A stretch of DNA of 64,000 nt from Vulcanimicrobiota bacterium (GTDB lineage: Bacteria > Vulcanimicrobiota > Vulcanimicrobiia > Eremiobacterales > Eremiobacteraceae): the NCBI GenBank assembly GCA_963812135.1, contig CAWETU010000001.1, positions 192,001-256,000 of the forward strand, in the 5' to 3' direction. Positions 48,397 to 57,398 of the stretch are shown here, one piece after another (within the stretch, counting starts at the first letter, position 1; every line of letters begins with the position of its first letter). The notes beneath the pieces are model-generated. The model was given only the letters and a program-made list of their open reading frames with translations, searched no databases and had not been told where the DNA came from. The position numbers were made by a program, and so were the translations under genes.

Positions 48397-49026
48397 TCAG
48401 CGGCGGTTGAGGAAACCGCCGCGGCCGGGAGTGCAGTACGGGCGGGTCGCATCCGGAATCTTATCGCCGAGCGTGCCGCCGCTCGCGGGCTTATCGGTCC
48501 AAACTGATCCGCCGCCGTTTTGAGGTGTCGAATCGCCGGAGTCTCCAGGTCCAGAACCACCCGCGCCGTTCACGCCGGATGCGGCGGTGCCATTCGCCGA
48601 TGCGGTCGCGCTCGTGGCCGAGGCAGACGAGGCCGATGCGGTTTGAGGCTGCTGGCGGGCTGCTGAAGCGGGTGCGCTCGCAATCCCAGGGGCAGCCGAC
48701 TGCGCGGCGATCGCGCCGCGCGTGTGCTCGACCATGCGATGCACATGCGTCGGCTGAGAGACGCCGATCCGGATGGGTTTCTCGGGATGAATCGGTTGCG
48801 TGATCCGGTGGAGTTGCGTCGCGATGTGCGGCGTCCGTGAGAGCGTCTGGATGATGACGTTGTGCGAGTTCTGTGGCGAGAACGCGGGGTTGGTCGACAC
48901 GAAGTAGGCCGCCGCCGCGAAGAAGATGCAGATCGCCACTACCACGTGCAAACTGACGGACGTGCCGACGCCGAGCGGCAGATCTCGCCGGTTCTCGCTT
49001 TTGGTGGTGAGCGGTCGTTCGCTCAA
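48397..49026 (-). CDS. Membrane-anchored low-complexity protein (TonB/TolA-like N-terminus)
   Basis: AGGAGG plus TTG start, TM with SVSLH, Ala/Ser/Gly-rich stalk, no TonB C-terminal domain. Confidence 0.7.
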   Translation of the reverse strand: MSERPLTTKSENRRDLPLGVGTSVSLHVVVAICIFFAAAAYFVSTNPAFSPQNSHNVIIQTLSRTPHIATQLHRITQPIHPEKPIRIGVSQPTHVHRMVEHTRGAIAAQSAAPGIASAPASAARQQPQTASASSASATSATASANGTAASGVNGAGGSGPGDSGDSTPQNGGGSVWTDKPASGGTLGDKIPDATRPYCTPGRGGFLNRR

Positions 49027-49109
49027 CCTACGAACCTCCTACGCTGGATTGTAACTACTTGCGCGAGCTGCGCCGATCCGCCTTCGACGGCTTCCGCGTG
49101 TTGAAATAA

Positions 49110-50219
49110 CTAGTCGAATTGCATCTTGTCGCGCTGCAGGTGGATATTGAGCAAGATGCCGACCGCCATGAAGCACGTGATGAGACTCGAGCCGCCGTAC
49201 GAGATAAATGGAAGCGGGATGCCGGTGACGGGCATGATGCCGACGGTCATGCCGATGTTCACGAGGATGTGGAACGCGAACATCGCGATAATGCCGGCCG
49301 CCACGAGAACCCCGAACTTGTCGCGCGCGGCGGTGATCGCGAGGGTGCCCGTGCCCAGCAGCACGCCATAGAGCGACAGCAGCAGCAGCGCGCCCAAGAA
49401 CCCGAGCTCCTCGCCGATGACCGCGAAGATGAAATCCGTCGCATGCTCGGGCACGAAGCCGAGTTGGGTCTGGGTTCCGTGGTACAGCCCCTTGCCGGTC
49501 AGCTCGCCCGAGCCGACGGCGATCTTCGATTGGATGAGGCTCCAGCCGGCGCCCTGAGGGTCGTGTTTGGGATCCAAGAACACGAGCAGCCGTTGCCGCT
49601 GATATCCTTTTAAGAAGTAGGGCGTGATCACGGCGATCGTGCCGGCGGCGGCGATGGTCGCCGCGTAGGCCGCGAAATGCAGCAGATTCGGCAGGGCGAA
49701 GAACAGCATCGCCGTGAGGATCGCCATCAGGACGAGCGCCGTTCCAAGATCCGGTTGCTTCATCACGAGCGCCGCGGGTATGGCGACGAGTACGAGCGGC
49801 AGCCACAAGTCGCGCAGGCGCGACCAACTGCGGCGTGGGTCGGCGAGGATCGCGCCAAGCGCGAGAATCGTGAAGAGCTTGGCCGGCTCGGACGGCTGGA
49901 ACACGAACGGACCGAATCCGATCCAGCGCTGCGCGCCAAGCGCCTGGTGGCCTGCGAGCGCCACGGCCGCCAGCATGAGTATGTTCACGATGTAGATGGG
50001 CCACGCGAGCCGCTGCCACAGATGATAGTCGATGAACGCAAGCGCGATCATCAGCAGCACGCCGATGATGAGATACGCGAGCTGGTGGACGAAGTCGCTG
50101 TGACCGCCCGGCAGATGCAACGTCGCGCTCTTGATGATCACCAGGCCGAAGACGCCGAGCGCGATCGCCGACGCGGCGAGCGGATAGTTGAACGATTGAT
50201 ACCACGGGCGCTCGAGCAT
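49110..50219 (-). CDS. rodA: Rod shape-determining protein (SEDS)
   Basis: GAQRWI, QPSE..K, QPDLGT, YQ..R, TDFIF..IGEELGF, TGIPLPFISYGGSS; follows minE. Confidence 0.95.
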   Translation of the reverse strand: MLERPWYQSFNYPLAASAIALGVFGLVIIKSATLHLPGGHSDFVHQLAYLIIGVLLMIALAFIDYHLWQRLAWPIYIVNILMLAAVALAGHQALGAQRWIGFGPFVFQPSEPAKLFTILALGAILADPRRSWSRLRDLWLPLVLVAIPAALVMKQPDLGTALVLMAILTAMLFFALPNLLHFAAYAATIAAAGTIAVITPYFLKGYQRQRLLVFLDPKHDPQGAGWSLIQSKIAVGSGELTGKGLYHGTQTQLGFVPEHATDFIFAVIGEELGFLGALLLLSLYGVLLGTGTLAITAARDKFGVLVAAGIIAMFAFHILVNIGMTVGIMPVTGIPLPFISYGGSSLITCFMAVGILLNIHLQRDKMQFD

Positions 50220-50258
50220 AGAGTTCGAGCTTTCGATGGGGCGGCGGACCGCCCTGCG

Positions 50259-50690
50259 CTATGGCGTGGTCGGCTCGTCCGGCGGCGGCTGTTGCTGCGA
50301 CTGATCCTGCGCTGAGTGCTTGCGCCGGCGGCGCCTGCGACGCGTGCGCGGCTGCGCGGCTGAACCGTCGAGCAAAAGCGCGCCGTTTTGGTGTCCGCCA
50401 TTGGCCGCCGCTGCTTGCGTAGGCTCGGCCGTCAACGGCTTGACCTTGAGCACCGGGATATTCGCCAGCAGCATGAACTGGCGCTCGGCATTTTCGAAGT
50501 GGACGTCCAGACCACGTTCGTCGATGTCGAGGTAGCGACGCACGACGCTGAGCATCTCGCCCTTCATCGAGTCGAAGACTTCTGGCGCGAGCGAGACGCG
50601 ATCGGACATGAGCACGAGGCGCAAGCGTTCTTTGGCCTGCGTCTTGCTCGTCTCTTCTTTGCGGAAGAACTTGTTGATGAAGTCAATCAT
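50259..50690 (-). CDS. minE: Cell division topological specificity factor with extended basic tail
   Basis: AKERLRLVL..DR and LANIP motifs, plus about 55 extra residues including RTRRRRRRRK. Confidence 0.93.
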   Translation of the reverse strand: MIDFINKFFRKEETSKTQAKERLRLVLMSDRVSLAPEVFDSMKGEMLSVVRRYLDIDERGLDVHFENAERQFMLLANIPVLKVKPLTAEPTQAAAANGGHQNGALLLDGSAAQPRTRRRRRRRKHSAQDQSQQQPPPDEPTTP

Positions 50691-50696
50691 TGCTGT

Positions 50697-51656
50697 TTAT
50701 CTCCCGCCCGCGCGCGGCTTGCCGAAGCCGAACGTCGACTTCACGCGCGACACAAAATCGTCAGGTGCTTGGAAGGATGGGATCGCGACCTGCTCGCCGA
50801 GCAGGCGTTTGACGATCCGTCTGAACGCTGCACCGGTTTGCGAGCCTTCGATGTCGATGACCGGCGTGCCGCGATTCGTCGCGATGATGATCTCTTTCTC
50901 GTCCGGCACGACCCCGACGAGCTCGAGGCGCAAGATGTCGACGACGTCGTTGACGCTCATCATCGTGCCCTTCTTGACCATTGCCGGCCGGACGCGATTG
51001 ACGATGAGCTTGGCCTCGACGTCCGGCGGCAGCAGACCGATGATGCGATCGGCGTCGCGCACCGCGGATACCTCCGGCGTCGTCACGATGATCGCTTCCT
51101 TGGCGCCGACGATCGCATTGCGAAAGCCCTTCTCGATGCCCGCCGGGCTGTCGATGAGCACGAAATCGAAGCGCTCGGCGAGCGTCTTGACGAGCGCCGC
51201 CATCGCGTCGGTCGGCACGTCGTCCTTTTCGCGGTTCTGCGCGGCCGGCAATAGATGCAGCGTGCGGCGGACCCGATCGCGCACGAGCGCGTCATCGAGC
51301 GAGCACTTCTCTTCGATGACGTCGAGCAGGTGCTTGTGGACGCGGTTCTCGAGGCCGAGCACGACGTCGAGATTGCGCAGCCCGACGTCCGCGTCGACGA
51401 CCACGACGTTCTTGCCCGCTTCGGCAAGCCCGGTGCCGAGATTCGCGGTCGTCGTCGTCTTGCCGACGCCGCCTTTGCCCGACGTGATGACGATGGTCCG
51501 GCCCAGCGCTTGCGCGGGTTTTGCAGGTGCGCGCGGTGCGGGGCGCTCGCTCGCGACCGCAGGCGTCGAAGCGGCCGCCGCGATCGCCTCTTCCACCGTC
51601 AGCGCGGCGCGCGGGCGGCTTGTCTCGTTCTCGCCTTGCGTGTCCATCATCCTCAC
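50697..51656 (-). CDS. minD: Septum site-determining ATPase MinD, second copy, with N-terminal extension
   Basis: TSGKGGVGKTT, DADVGLRNLD..LGLE.R, DSPAGIE.GF, TPEVSAVRDADR. The start could be 51656, 51650 or 51647. Confidence 0.92.
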   Translation of the reverse strand: MRMMDTQGENETSRPRAALTVEEAIAAAASTPAVASERPAPRAPAKPAQALGRTIVITSGKGGVGKTTTTANLGTGLAEAGKNVVVVDADVGLRNLDVVLGLENRVHKHLLDVIEEKCSLDDALVRDRVRRTLHLLPAAQNREKDDVPTDAMAALVKTLAERFDFVLIDSPAGIEKGFRNAIVGAKEAIIVTTPEVSAVRDADRIIGLLPPDVEAKLIVNRVRPAMVKKGTMMSVNDVVDILRLELVGVVPDEKEIIIATNRGTPVIDIEGSQTGAAFRRIVKRLLGEQVAIPSFQAPDDFVSRVKSTFGFGKPRAGGR

Positions 51657-52439
51657 GATCCGATGACGAGCCGGCGAAGCTTGCCGAACAAGCCGTCGTC
51701 GGCGAGATTGGTGAACGGCACGTCCTCGCCCAACAAGCGCCGCGCGATCGCGGTGTAGATGCGCGCGAGCCTACGCGTGCCGTCGAGCACGACGGGTTCG
51801 CCGCGATTGGTCGTGTCGATGATCTCCTCGTCGTCAGGCACGACGCCGACGATCTCCCGGCCCAGTATCTCCTTCACGTCGTCGACGCTGAGCATGTCGC
51901 CGCTGCGCACCATCTCCGTCCGCACGCGGTTGACGATGAGTTTGGCGCGCCGGCTGCCGAGCATGCCGAGGATACGGTCCGCGTCGCGGATGGCCGATAC
52001 TTCCGGCGTCGTCACCACGAGCGCTTGATCCGCGCCTGCGACGGCGTTGCGGAAGCCGTGCTCGATGCCGGCCGGACAATCGATCAAGACGATGTCGAAA
52101 TCCACCGCCAGCTTGCGCATCGCGACGCGCATCTGATCTTCGGAGACCGATTCCTTATCCTTGACCTGCGATGCCGGCAGCAGATACAGATCGTCGAAGC
52201 GCCGATCTTTGATGAGCGCTTGGCGCGGCTGGCAGCGATCTTCGACAAGGTCGACGAGATCGTAGACGATGCGTTTCTCGAGCCCCAGCACGAGATCGAG
52301 ATTGCGCAGCCCGATATCGGCGTCGACGAGCGCCACCTTTTGGCCCAACTTGGCGAACGCTCCGCCAAGATTCGCGGTGGTCGTCGTCTTCCCGACGCCG
52401 CCCTTTACCCGATGTGACGACGTAGACGGTTCCTGGCAA
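51653..52439 (-). CDS. minD: Septum site-determining ATPase MinD, first copy (apparent +1 frameshift at 52401-52403)
   Basis: TTG 52439 with AGGAG SD gives PGTVYVVTSGKG. Removing one G restores GVGKTTTTANLG, in frame with DADIGLRNLD...DCPAGIE. Confidence 0.88.
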
Positions 52440-52455
52440 TCTTCTCCTCCGCTTT

Positions 52456-53160
52456 TCAGCTTGCGGGTTCGGTCGAGATGCGGCCATCGCGCAAGCGCGC
52501 GACTTCCGGCGCGGCCGCTTTCTTGCGCCGCTCGTCCGGCGCGACCGCGACTTTGCTCGCGATGCGCAGTTGCATCGGTTCGAGGCGCAAGGCGAAGACC
52601 TTTGCCGTTTCGTCGCCTTCCGCTCCGGCGTGCGCCAAGCCGCGCATCGCACCCCAGACGACGATATCGCCGGCGGCGACGAGCTCGCCCCCCGCGTTGA
52701 CGTCACCGATGATCACGATGTTGCCACGCGATGTCATGCTTTGGCCCGATCGGACGGTTCCTTTGTGATACACCGTCTCGCCGGCCGCCGTCGCCTGCCC
52801 GTTACGCGCTTTTCGAGGCGACCGCTCGTCACGGGGCGTGATCCGATCGTCGCGCGAGCGGGGCGCTGCCGCGATGCTCGCGCCGACGAGGCGCAAACCG
52901 GCCGACTTTGCAAGTGCCGCGACGTCATCGGCGTCGCAGACAGCCCCATCTGCGACGATGCCGAACTGCTCGAGCGTCGCGATGATCGCCGCCAGTTCGG
53001 CTCCCTCGGCGGGTTGGGAGCCGAGCAGCAGCACGGCTCGGCTGCCCTTGTAGAAACCCGGCTGGCTCTCAAGGCGGTCGCGCAGCTGCGCGACCGCGCC
53101 GGACAACGGCCGCTCGTGGAGGTGCAGCAGCAACCCCGATTTCGTGCCTTTTATCTGCAA
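52456..53160 (-). CDS. minC: Septum site-determining protein MinC
   Basis: QIKGTKSGL, TVRSGQ, GDVNAGGE..A.G.I.VWG..RG.AHAG, QLRIA, PEVA; start approximate. Confidence 0.92.
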   Translation of the reverse strand: MQIKGTKSGLLLHLHERPLSGAVAQLRDRLESQPGFYKGSRAVLLLGSQPAEGAELAAIIATLEQFGIVADGAVCDADDVAALAKSAGLRLVGASIAAAPRSRDDRITPRDERSPRKARNGQATAAGETVYHKGTVRSGQSMTSRGNIVIIGDVNAGGELVAAGDIVVWGAMRGLAHAGAEGDETAKVFALRLEPMQLRIASKVAVAPDERRKKAAAPEVARLRDGRISTEPAS

Positions 53161-53268
53161 ATCGCCATATTCCGGTCGAATGAATCCGACCGCTCCAAAA
53201 CCGCGCGCACCGACCTGCGTCCCGAGCACAACCCTGCCGATACATTGCGGGGGTTCACGAGTTTCCCT

Positions 53269-53311
53269 TGTGGACAGGGCTGTGAAAGAACTGTGAAAGA
53301 AATGTGGACGA
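53269..53311. repeat. Four phased 9-bp direct repeats (DnaA-box-like)
   Basis: TGTGGACAG (53269), TGTGAAAGA (53281), TGTGAAAGA (53292), TGTGGACGA (53303). Confidence 0.6.
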
Positions 53312-53394
53312 TTTTGAGCACGACAAGCCGGCGGCAGAGGTGCCCGGACGAGGGCCGTCGCAAAGTAGGCCATTCCCTTCTCAGGAGCCAGCCC

Positions 53395-55371
53395 ATGAAA
53401 TTTTGGAAGCGCTTCGTTGCCGGCACGTTGCTGGTCGTCATACCGCTCGCCAGCATGCCATTGCCTGCCGCCGCCGTCTCGACGCAGTCGGAGATCAAGC
53501 AGGGGCAGGATGAAGTCAAGCACATCGACGCCGAGAACGCGATCGTCAACGATCCGGTGCTCAACAACTGGGTCCAGACGATCGCCGACAACCTCAAGCG
53601 CGAGCGGGCGCGCCCCGACATCAACTACACGTTCAAGATCATCGACACCGACGACATCAACGCGTTCTCGCTGCCGGGCGGCTTCATCTACGTGAACTTC
53701 GGACTGCTCAACTTCGTCAACTCCGACGACGAGCTCGCCGGCGTGATGGGCCACGAGATGGGCCACGTCGAGCGCCGTCACGTCGTCACGCTGCCCGCCA
53801 AGGCGCAAGCGCTCAACCTGCTGATCGGGATCCTTTCGATCTTCTCTGTGTTCGCCTACCGCTTTGGCGGACTCATCGGCAGCGCCGCGCTCTACAAAAT
53901 CTCGCGCCAGGACGAGCTGCAAGCCGACCAGTACGGCCTGATGCTCATGAGCCGCGCGGGCTACGATCCCAACGCGATGGTCTCGTTCATGGACCGCCTC
54001 GGCAAGGAGGAAGGTCCGGACGGCGATGTGCTCGCCAAATACTTCGAAGATCACCCTGGTTCAGAAGCGCGCGTCTCGCATCTGCTCGGCTATCCGCAGC
54101 TGTCGAAGACCGACACGCCGCAGATCCTCGCGCAGGCGATCCACGACGAACAAGAGGGCCGCTACGCCTACGCATTGACCAAATATAACGACGTGCTCAA
54201 GACCGACCCGAACAACGACCTGGCGTTGCTGCACAAGGGCCAGGTCGAGCTTGCGCTCGGCAGCATGGAGCAAAGCCAGAACGCGTTGACCCAGGTCGCG
54301 AAGAACCACCAGACCGAGGCGGGCACCGCGGCAGCGCAACATGATCTCGCGATGATGGCAGCCGATCCGGCGCCGAAAAAAGACTTCATGGCGAAGAACC
54401 TCGATCCGTTGCGGAACGCGATCGTGACCGTCCAGAACAACGTGCACAACAACGCGACGGCGATCGACGAGCGCGTCAGGCTCGAGCGCACGGACCTGGC
54501 GAACTTCAATCAGCGGCTGCAAGACCTATCGTACGAGATCCCCGACCTGTCGCAGGTGGACATCCGCCCGGGCAGCCGGCTTGAAGGCGTGGTCTACGAC
54601 CTCGAGCACATGTCCAAAGACATCAACCTGGTGCTCGCCAAGGGCGAATACATCACCATGAACGCCGCCGGTCTTTCCAAGGACATCGTCGGTACGCTCA
54701 ACGAGATGCAAGCGCCGTTGCGTGACGCTGCGCCAAACGGCGTCGCGCTCCGCACGTTCCCGTACTACAACAGTTTGCTAACGCAGCTGAACCAATCGTC
54801 GACCGACTCGTTGACCGCCGTCTCCGCCAGCCGCGGAGCGACGGCGCTCGCGTGGCAGAGCGTGCCCGCACTCGACGCGTACTTCAAGAAGCTCTCGCGT
54901 GCGCAGCTCGACTTCGGAGGCGACTTGTCGCCGTCGACGGCCGCGGAACTCAAACCGCTCGCGGCGGCCGCGATCGCTCAACTCGATGTTGCCGCCGACG
55001 CGGCTGAAAAGTCGCACGCGCTGTACTTCGCGTCGCAGTCGCGCCAAGTCCAAGCGCAGATCACGCTTCTCGGCGTCACCTATCCGGAGATGCGCTACGA
55101 CAGTCTCGCCAGCGCGATCCACGCGCGGTTGGGCATCGACGCGCCGAGCTACGCGGAAGCGCAGCAGCTCGGCATGTCGCCCGGAGACGTCGCAGTCGCG
55201 TCATGGCTCGCTGCCGAAGAGCGCGTGCCGGTCACGAACGTCATCAACGAGCAGCGGCAAGCCAACAAGCCGTTCATCGACCTGGCGCTTTCCAAACAAT
55301 TCGCGCCGGAGTCGCTCGAAGTGACGCTCGGGCTGTGGTTCGAGGGCTACGCCGAGAAACCGTCCGACTGA
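53395..55371 (+). CDS. Secreted M48 metallopeptidase with TPR and long helical C-terminus
   Basis: Signal peptide, INAFSLPGG, HEMGH, E..AD, GYDP, HP....R, then TPR-like helices. Confidence 0.9.
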   Translation: MKFWKRFVAGTLLVVIPLASMPLPAAAVSTQSEIKQGQDEVKHIDAENAIVNDPVLNNWVQTIADNLKRERARPDINYTFKIIDTDDINAFSLPGGFIYVNFGLLNFVNSDDELAGVMGHEMGHVERRHVVTLPAKAQALNLLIGILSIFSVFAYRFGGLIGSAALYKISRQDELQADQYGLMLMSRAGYDPNAMVSFMDRLGKEEGPDGDVLAKYFEDHPGSEARVSHLLGYPQLSKTDTPQILAQAIHDEQEGRYAYALTKYNDVLKTDPNNDLALLHKGQVELALGSMEQSQNALTQVAKNHQTEAGTAAAQHDLAMMAADPAPKKDFMAKNLDPLRNAIVTVQNNVHNNATAIDERVRLERTDLANFNQRLQDLSYEIPDLSQVDIRPGSRLEGVVYDLEHMSKDINLVLAKGEYITMNAAGLSKDIVGTLNEMQAPLRDAAPNGVALRTFPYYNSLLTQLNQSSTDSLTAVSASRGATALAWQSVPALDAYFKKLSRAQLDFGGDLSPSTAAELKPLAAAAIAQLDVAADAAEKSHALYFASQSRQVQAQITLLGVTYPEMRYDSLASAIHARLGIDAPSYAEAQQLGMSPGDVAVASWLAAEERVPVTNVINEQRQANKPFIDLALSKQFAPESLEVTLGLWFEGYAEKPSD

Positions 55372-55390
55372 CGAACCATCTCGACACGAG

Positions 55391-55423
55391 ATCCCGGCCT
55401 CTTAAAAGGCCGGGATTTTTTGT
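55391..55423 (+). terminator. Intrinsic terminator
   Basis: ATCCCGGCCT-cttaaa-AGGCCGGGAT followed by a T-run. Confidence 0.88.
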
Positions 55424-55464
55424 TGCAACAAGGTCGCCTCGAAGTGGGTACGGTACATAGCGTT

Positions 55465-56484
55465 ATGTCATCTGACCTTCCGGCGCTTCCACGGGCTGAC
55501 GGTCCCGGCGCCCAGCTCTCGCAATGGGTCGCGCATTTCCGCGAGCGCGTCAATCTCAGCGTGCTCGATGCGCAAGCCGCCCGGCCCGTGCGTTTGCTTC
55601 TCGCAGGCGAGGGCGCAGCGGAGCTTGCCGACGTCTTGGATCCCGAACGAGCGGCTCGGGGTTCAGTGCTCCAGACGCTCGACGACGCCCCCGGCTGGAT
55701 GGTCGCTGACAGCGCGAGCCGCGTCATCATCTATTGTCCGCTCGCCGGCACTGTGCCCGAGGAAGCACTGGCGCATTTCGAATCGTCGAGCTTGCCGGTG
55801 TTCGTCGTCGACAGGCCGCCACTTGGCGGGGCAGATGGCGTGCGCCCGACCGCGCCGCACTCGCACAAGCCGGGTCCGGGCACACCGGCGCGATATTATG
55901 TCAGCGCGCTCAACGCAGCGGAAGTCGTCAAATACCTGCTGCCCGACATCGTGTCGGCGTGCCGCGACGTCGAGATTTCCCTGGCCGCGCATTTGCCGAT
56001 CTTCCGCCCGAGCGTCGCGGCGAAGATCACCGTCGACTGCGCGCTGCGCAGCTTACAGGTAGCGGGCGCTTCAGCGCTCGTCGACCACGTGCCGGTGCTC
56101 GGTCTCATCCTCGGCAGCATCGCGTCCGCCGGCGACACCATCGCGATCACGGGCATGCAAGTCAACATGCTGCTGCGCATCGCCGCGGCGTACGGCAAGA
56201 AGGCGGAATTCGCGCGCATCGCCGAGCTGATGCCGGTGATCGGCGGCGGGTACGGCTGGCGCGCGCTCGCGCGCGAGGCCTCGGGCTTCATCCCCTTGGC
56301 GGGTCCGGTGATCAAAGCCGGTATCGCGTACGCCGGCACGCTCGTGATCGGCCAGGCCGCCGCGTTTTACTACGAGACCGGCAACAAGATGGCGCCGGAG
56401 AAGATCGGCGCGCTATATCGCGAGGCGGTCGAGCGCGCCAAGAACGTCGCCGTCGAATTCATCGAACGCCTGCGCAAGAAATAA
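55465..56484 (+). CDS. DUF697-like protein
   Basis: C-terminal D...IT..Q...LLRIAAAYG...E...VIGGG.GWR.LAR...IP..G..IK.GIAYAGT..IG. Confidence 0.75.
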   Translation: MSSDLPALPRADGPGAQLSQWVAHFRERVNLSVLDAQAARPVRLLLAGEGAAELADVLDPERAARGSVLQTLDDAPGWMVADSASRVIIYCPLAGTVPEEALAHFESSSLPVFVVDRPPLGGADGVRPTAPHSHKPGPGTPARYYVSALNAAEVVKYLLPDIVSACRDVEISLAAHLPIFRPSVAAKITVDCALRSLQVAGASALVDHVPVLGLILGSIASAGDTIAITGMQVNMLLRIAAAYGKKAEFARIAELMPVIGGGYGWRALAREASGFIPLAGPVIKAGIAYAGTLVIGQAAAFYYETGNKMAPEKIGALYREAVERAKNVAVEFIERLRKK

Positions 56485-56485
56485 C

Positions 56486-57085
56486 TCAGAGCGTCCGCCT
56501 GCCCTCGAGCGCGCGCGCCAGCGTCGTCTCGTCGGCGTAATCGAGCTCGCCGCCGATCGGCAATCCATACGCGAGGCGCGTGACCTTCACGCCGGCCGGC
56601 TCGATCAAGCGGTGCAGGTACAAGGCTGTCGATTCGCCTTCCGCGTTCGGATTGGTCGCGATGATGACTTCTTTGACGCCTTCGGGCGCGAGGCGATCGA
56701 GCAATTCCTTGACGTGCAGCTGTCCGACGCCGATGCCTTCCATGGGCGAGATGAGGCCGCCGAGCACGTGGTAGCGTCCGTTGAACGTCATCGCGCGCTC
56801 CACCGCGTACACATCCTTGGCCTCGCCGACCACGCAGATGAGCGACGGATCGCGCCGCGGATCCAAGCAGATCGAGCACTCGTCGCCCTCGGTCAGACTG
56901 AAGCAGCGTTTGCAGAACCGTATCTTGTCTTTGACCGCGACGATCGCGTCGGCCAGCGCCTGCGCGTCTTGCCGGCTCGCCGACAGCAAATAGAAGGCGA
57001 GCCTTGCGGCGGTCTTCGGTCCCACCGTCGGCAGCTTCTCAAGCTCGCCGATGAGCGACGACAGCGGGCCTGCGAGATGGTCCAA
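56486..57085 (-). CDS. recR: Recombination mediator RecR
   Basis: LP.VGPK.A.RL, C4 zinc finger, YHVLGG.ISP, EGE.TA.Y, G.P.GGEL.Y.D. Confidence 0.97.
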   Translation of the reverse strand: MDHLAGPLSSLIGELEKLPTVGPKTAARLAFYLLSASRQDAQALADAIVAVKDKIRFCKRCFSLTEGDECSICLDPRRDPSLICVVGEAKDVYAVERAMTFNGRYHVLGGLISPMEGIGVGQLHVKELLDRLAPEGVKEVIIATNPNAEGESTALYLHRLIEPAGVKVTRLAYGLPIGGELDYADETTLARALEGRRTL

Positions 57086-57092
57086 GGAGTGG

Positions 57093-57395
57093 CTAGAAGC
57101 CGGGGATGCCGAGACCGCCGGCGAGCGGCCCCATGCGCGAGCGCGACAGCTCGGTGACTTTGGCTTGCGCGTCTTTGAACGCGATGCCGATCAGATCTTC
57201 GAGCGTCTCGACGTCCTGCGGATCTGCGGCGGCCTTGTCGATCTTCACGCCGCGCAATTGGCCATGGCCATCGAGCGTCACCGTGACTGCGCCCGAGCCG
57301 GCCGTGCCCGTCACCGTCTCGTTGCCCAGCTCTTCTTGGATCTTGGCGAGCTGCTGTTGCAGCTCGCGAGCCTGTTTCAAAAGGTTAGGATTCAT
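57093..57395 (-). CDS. ybaB: YbaB/EbfC nucleoid-associated protein
   Basis: G.AG.GAV.V, DP.D.E.LEDLI; located between dnaX and recR. Confidence 0.93.
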   Translation of the reverse strand: MNPNLLKQARELQQQLAKIQEELGNETVTGTAGSGAVTVTLDGHGQLRGVKIDKAAADPQDVETLEDLIGIAFKDAQAKVTELSRSRMGPLAGGLGIPGF

Positions 57396-57398
57396 CGG

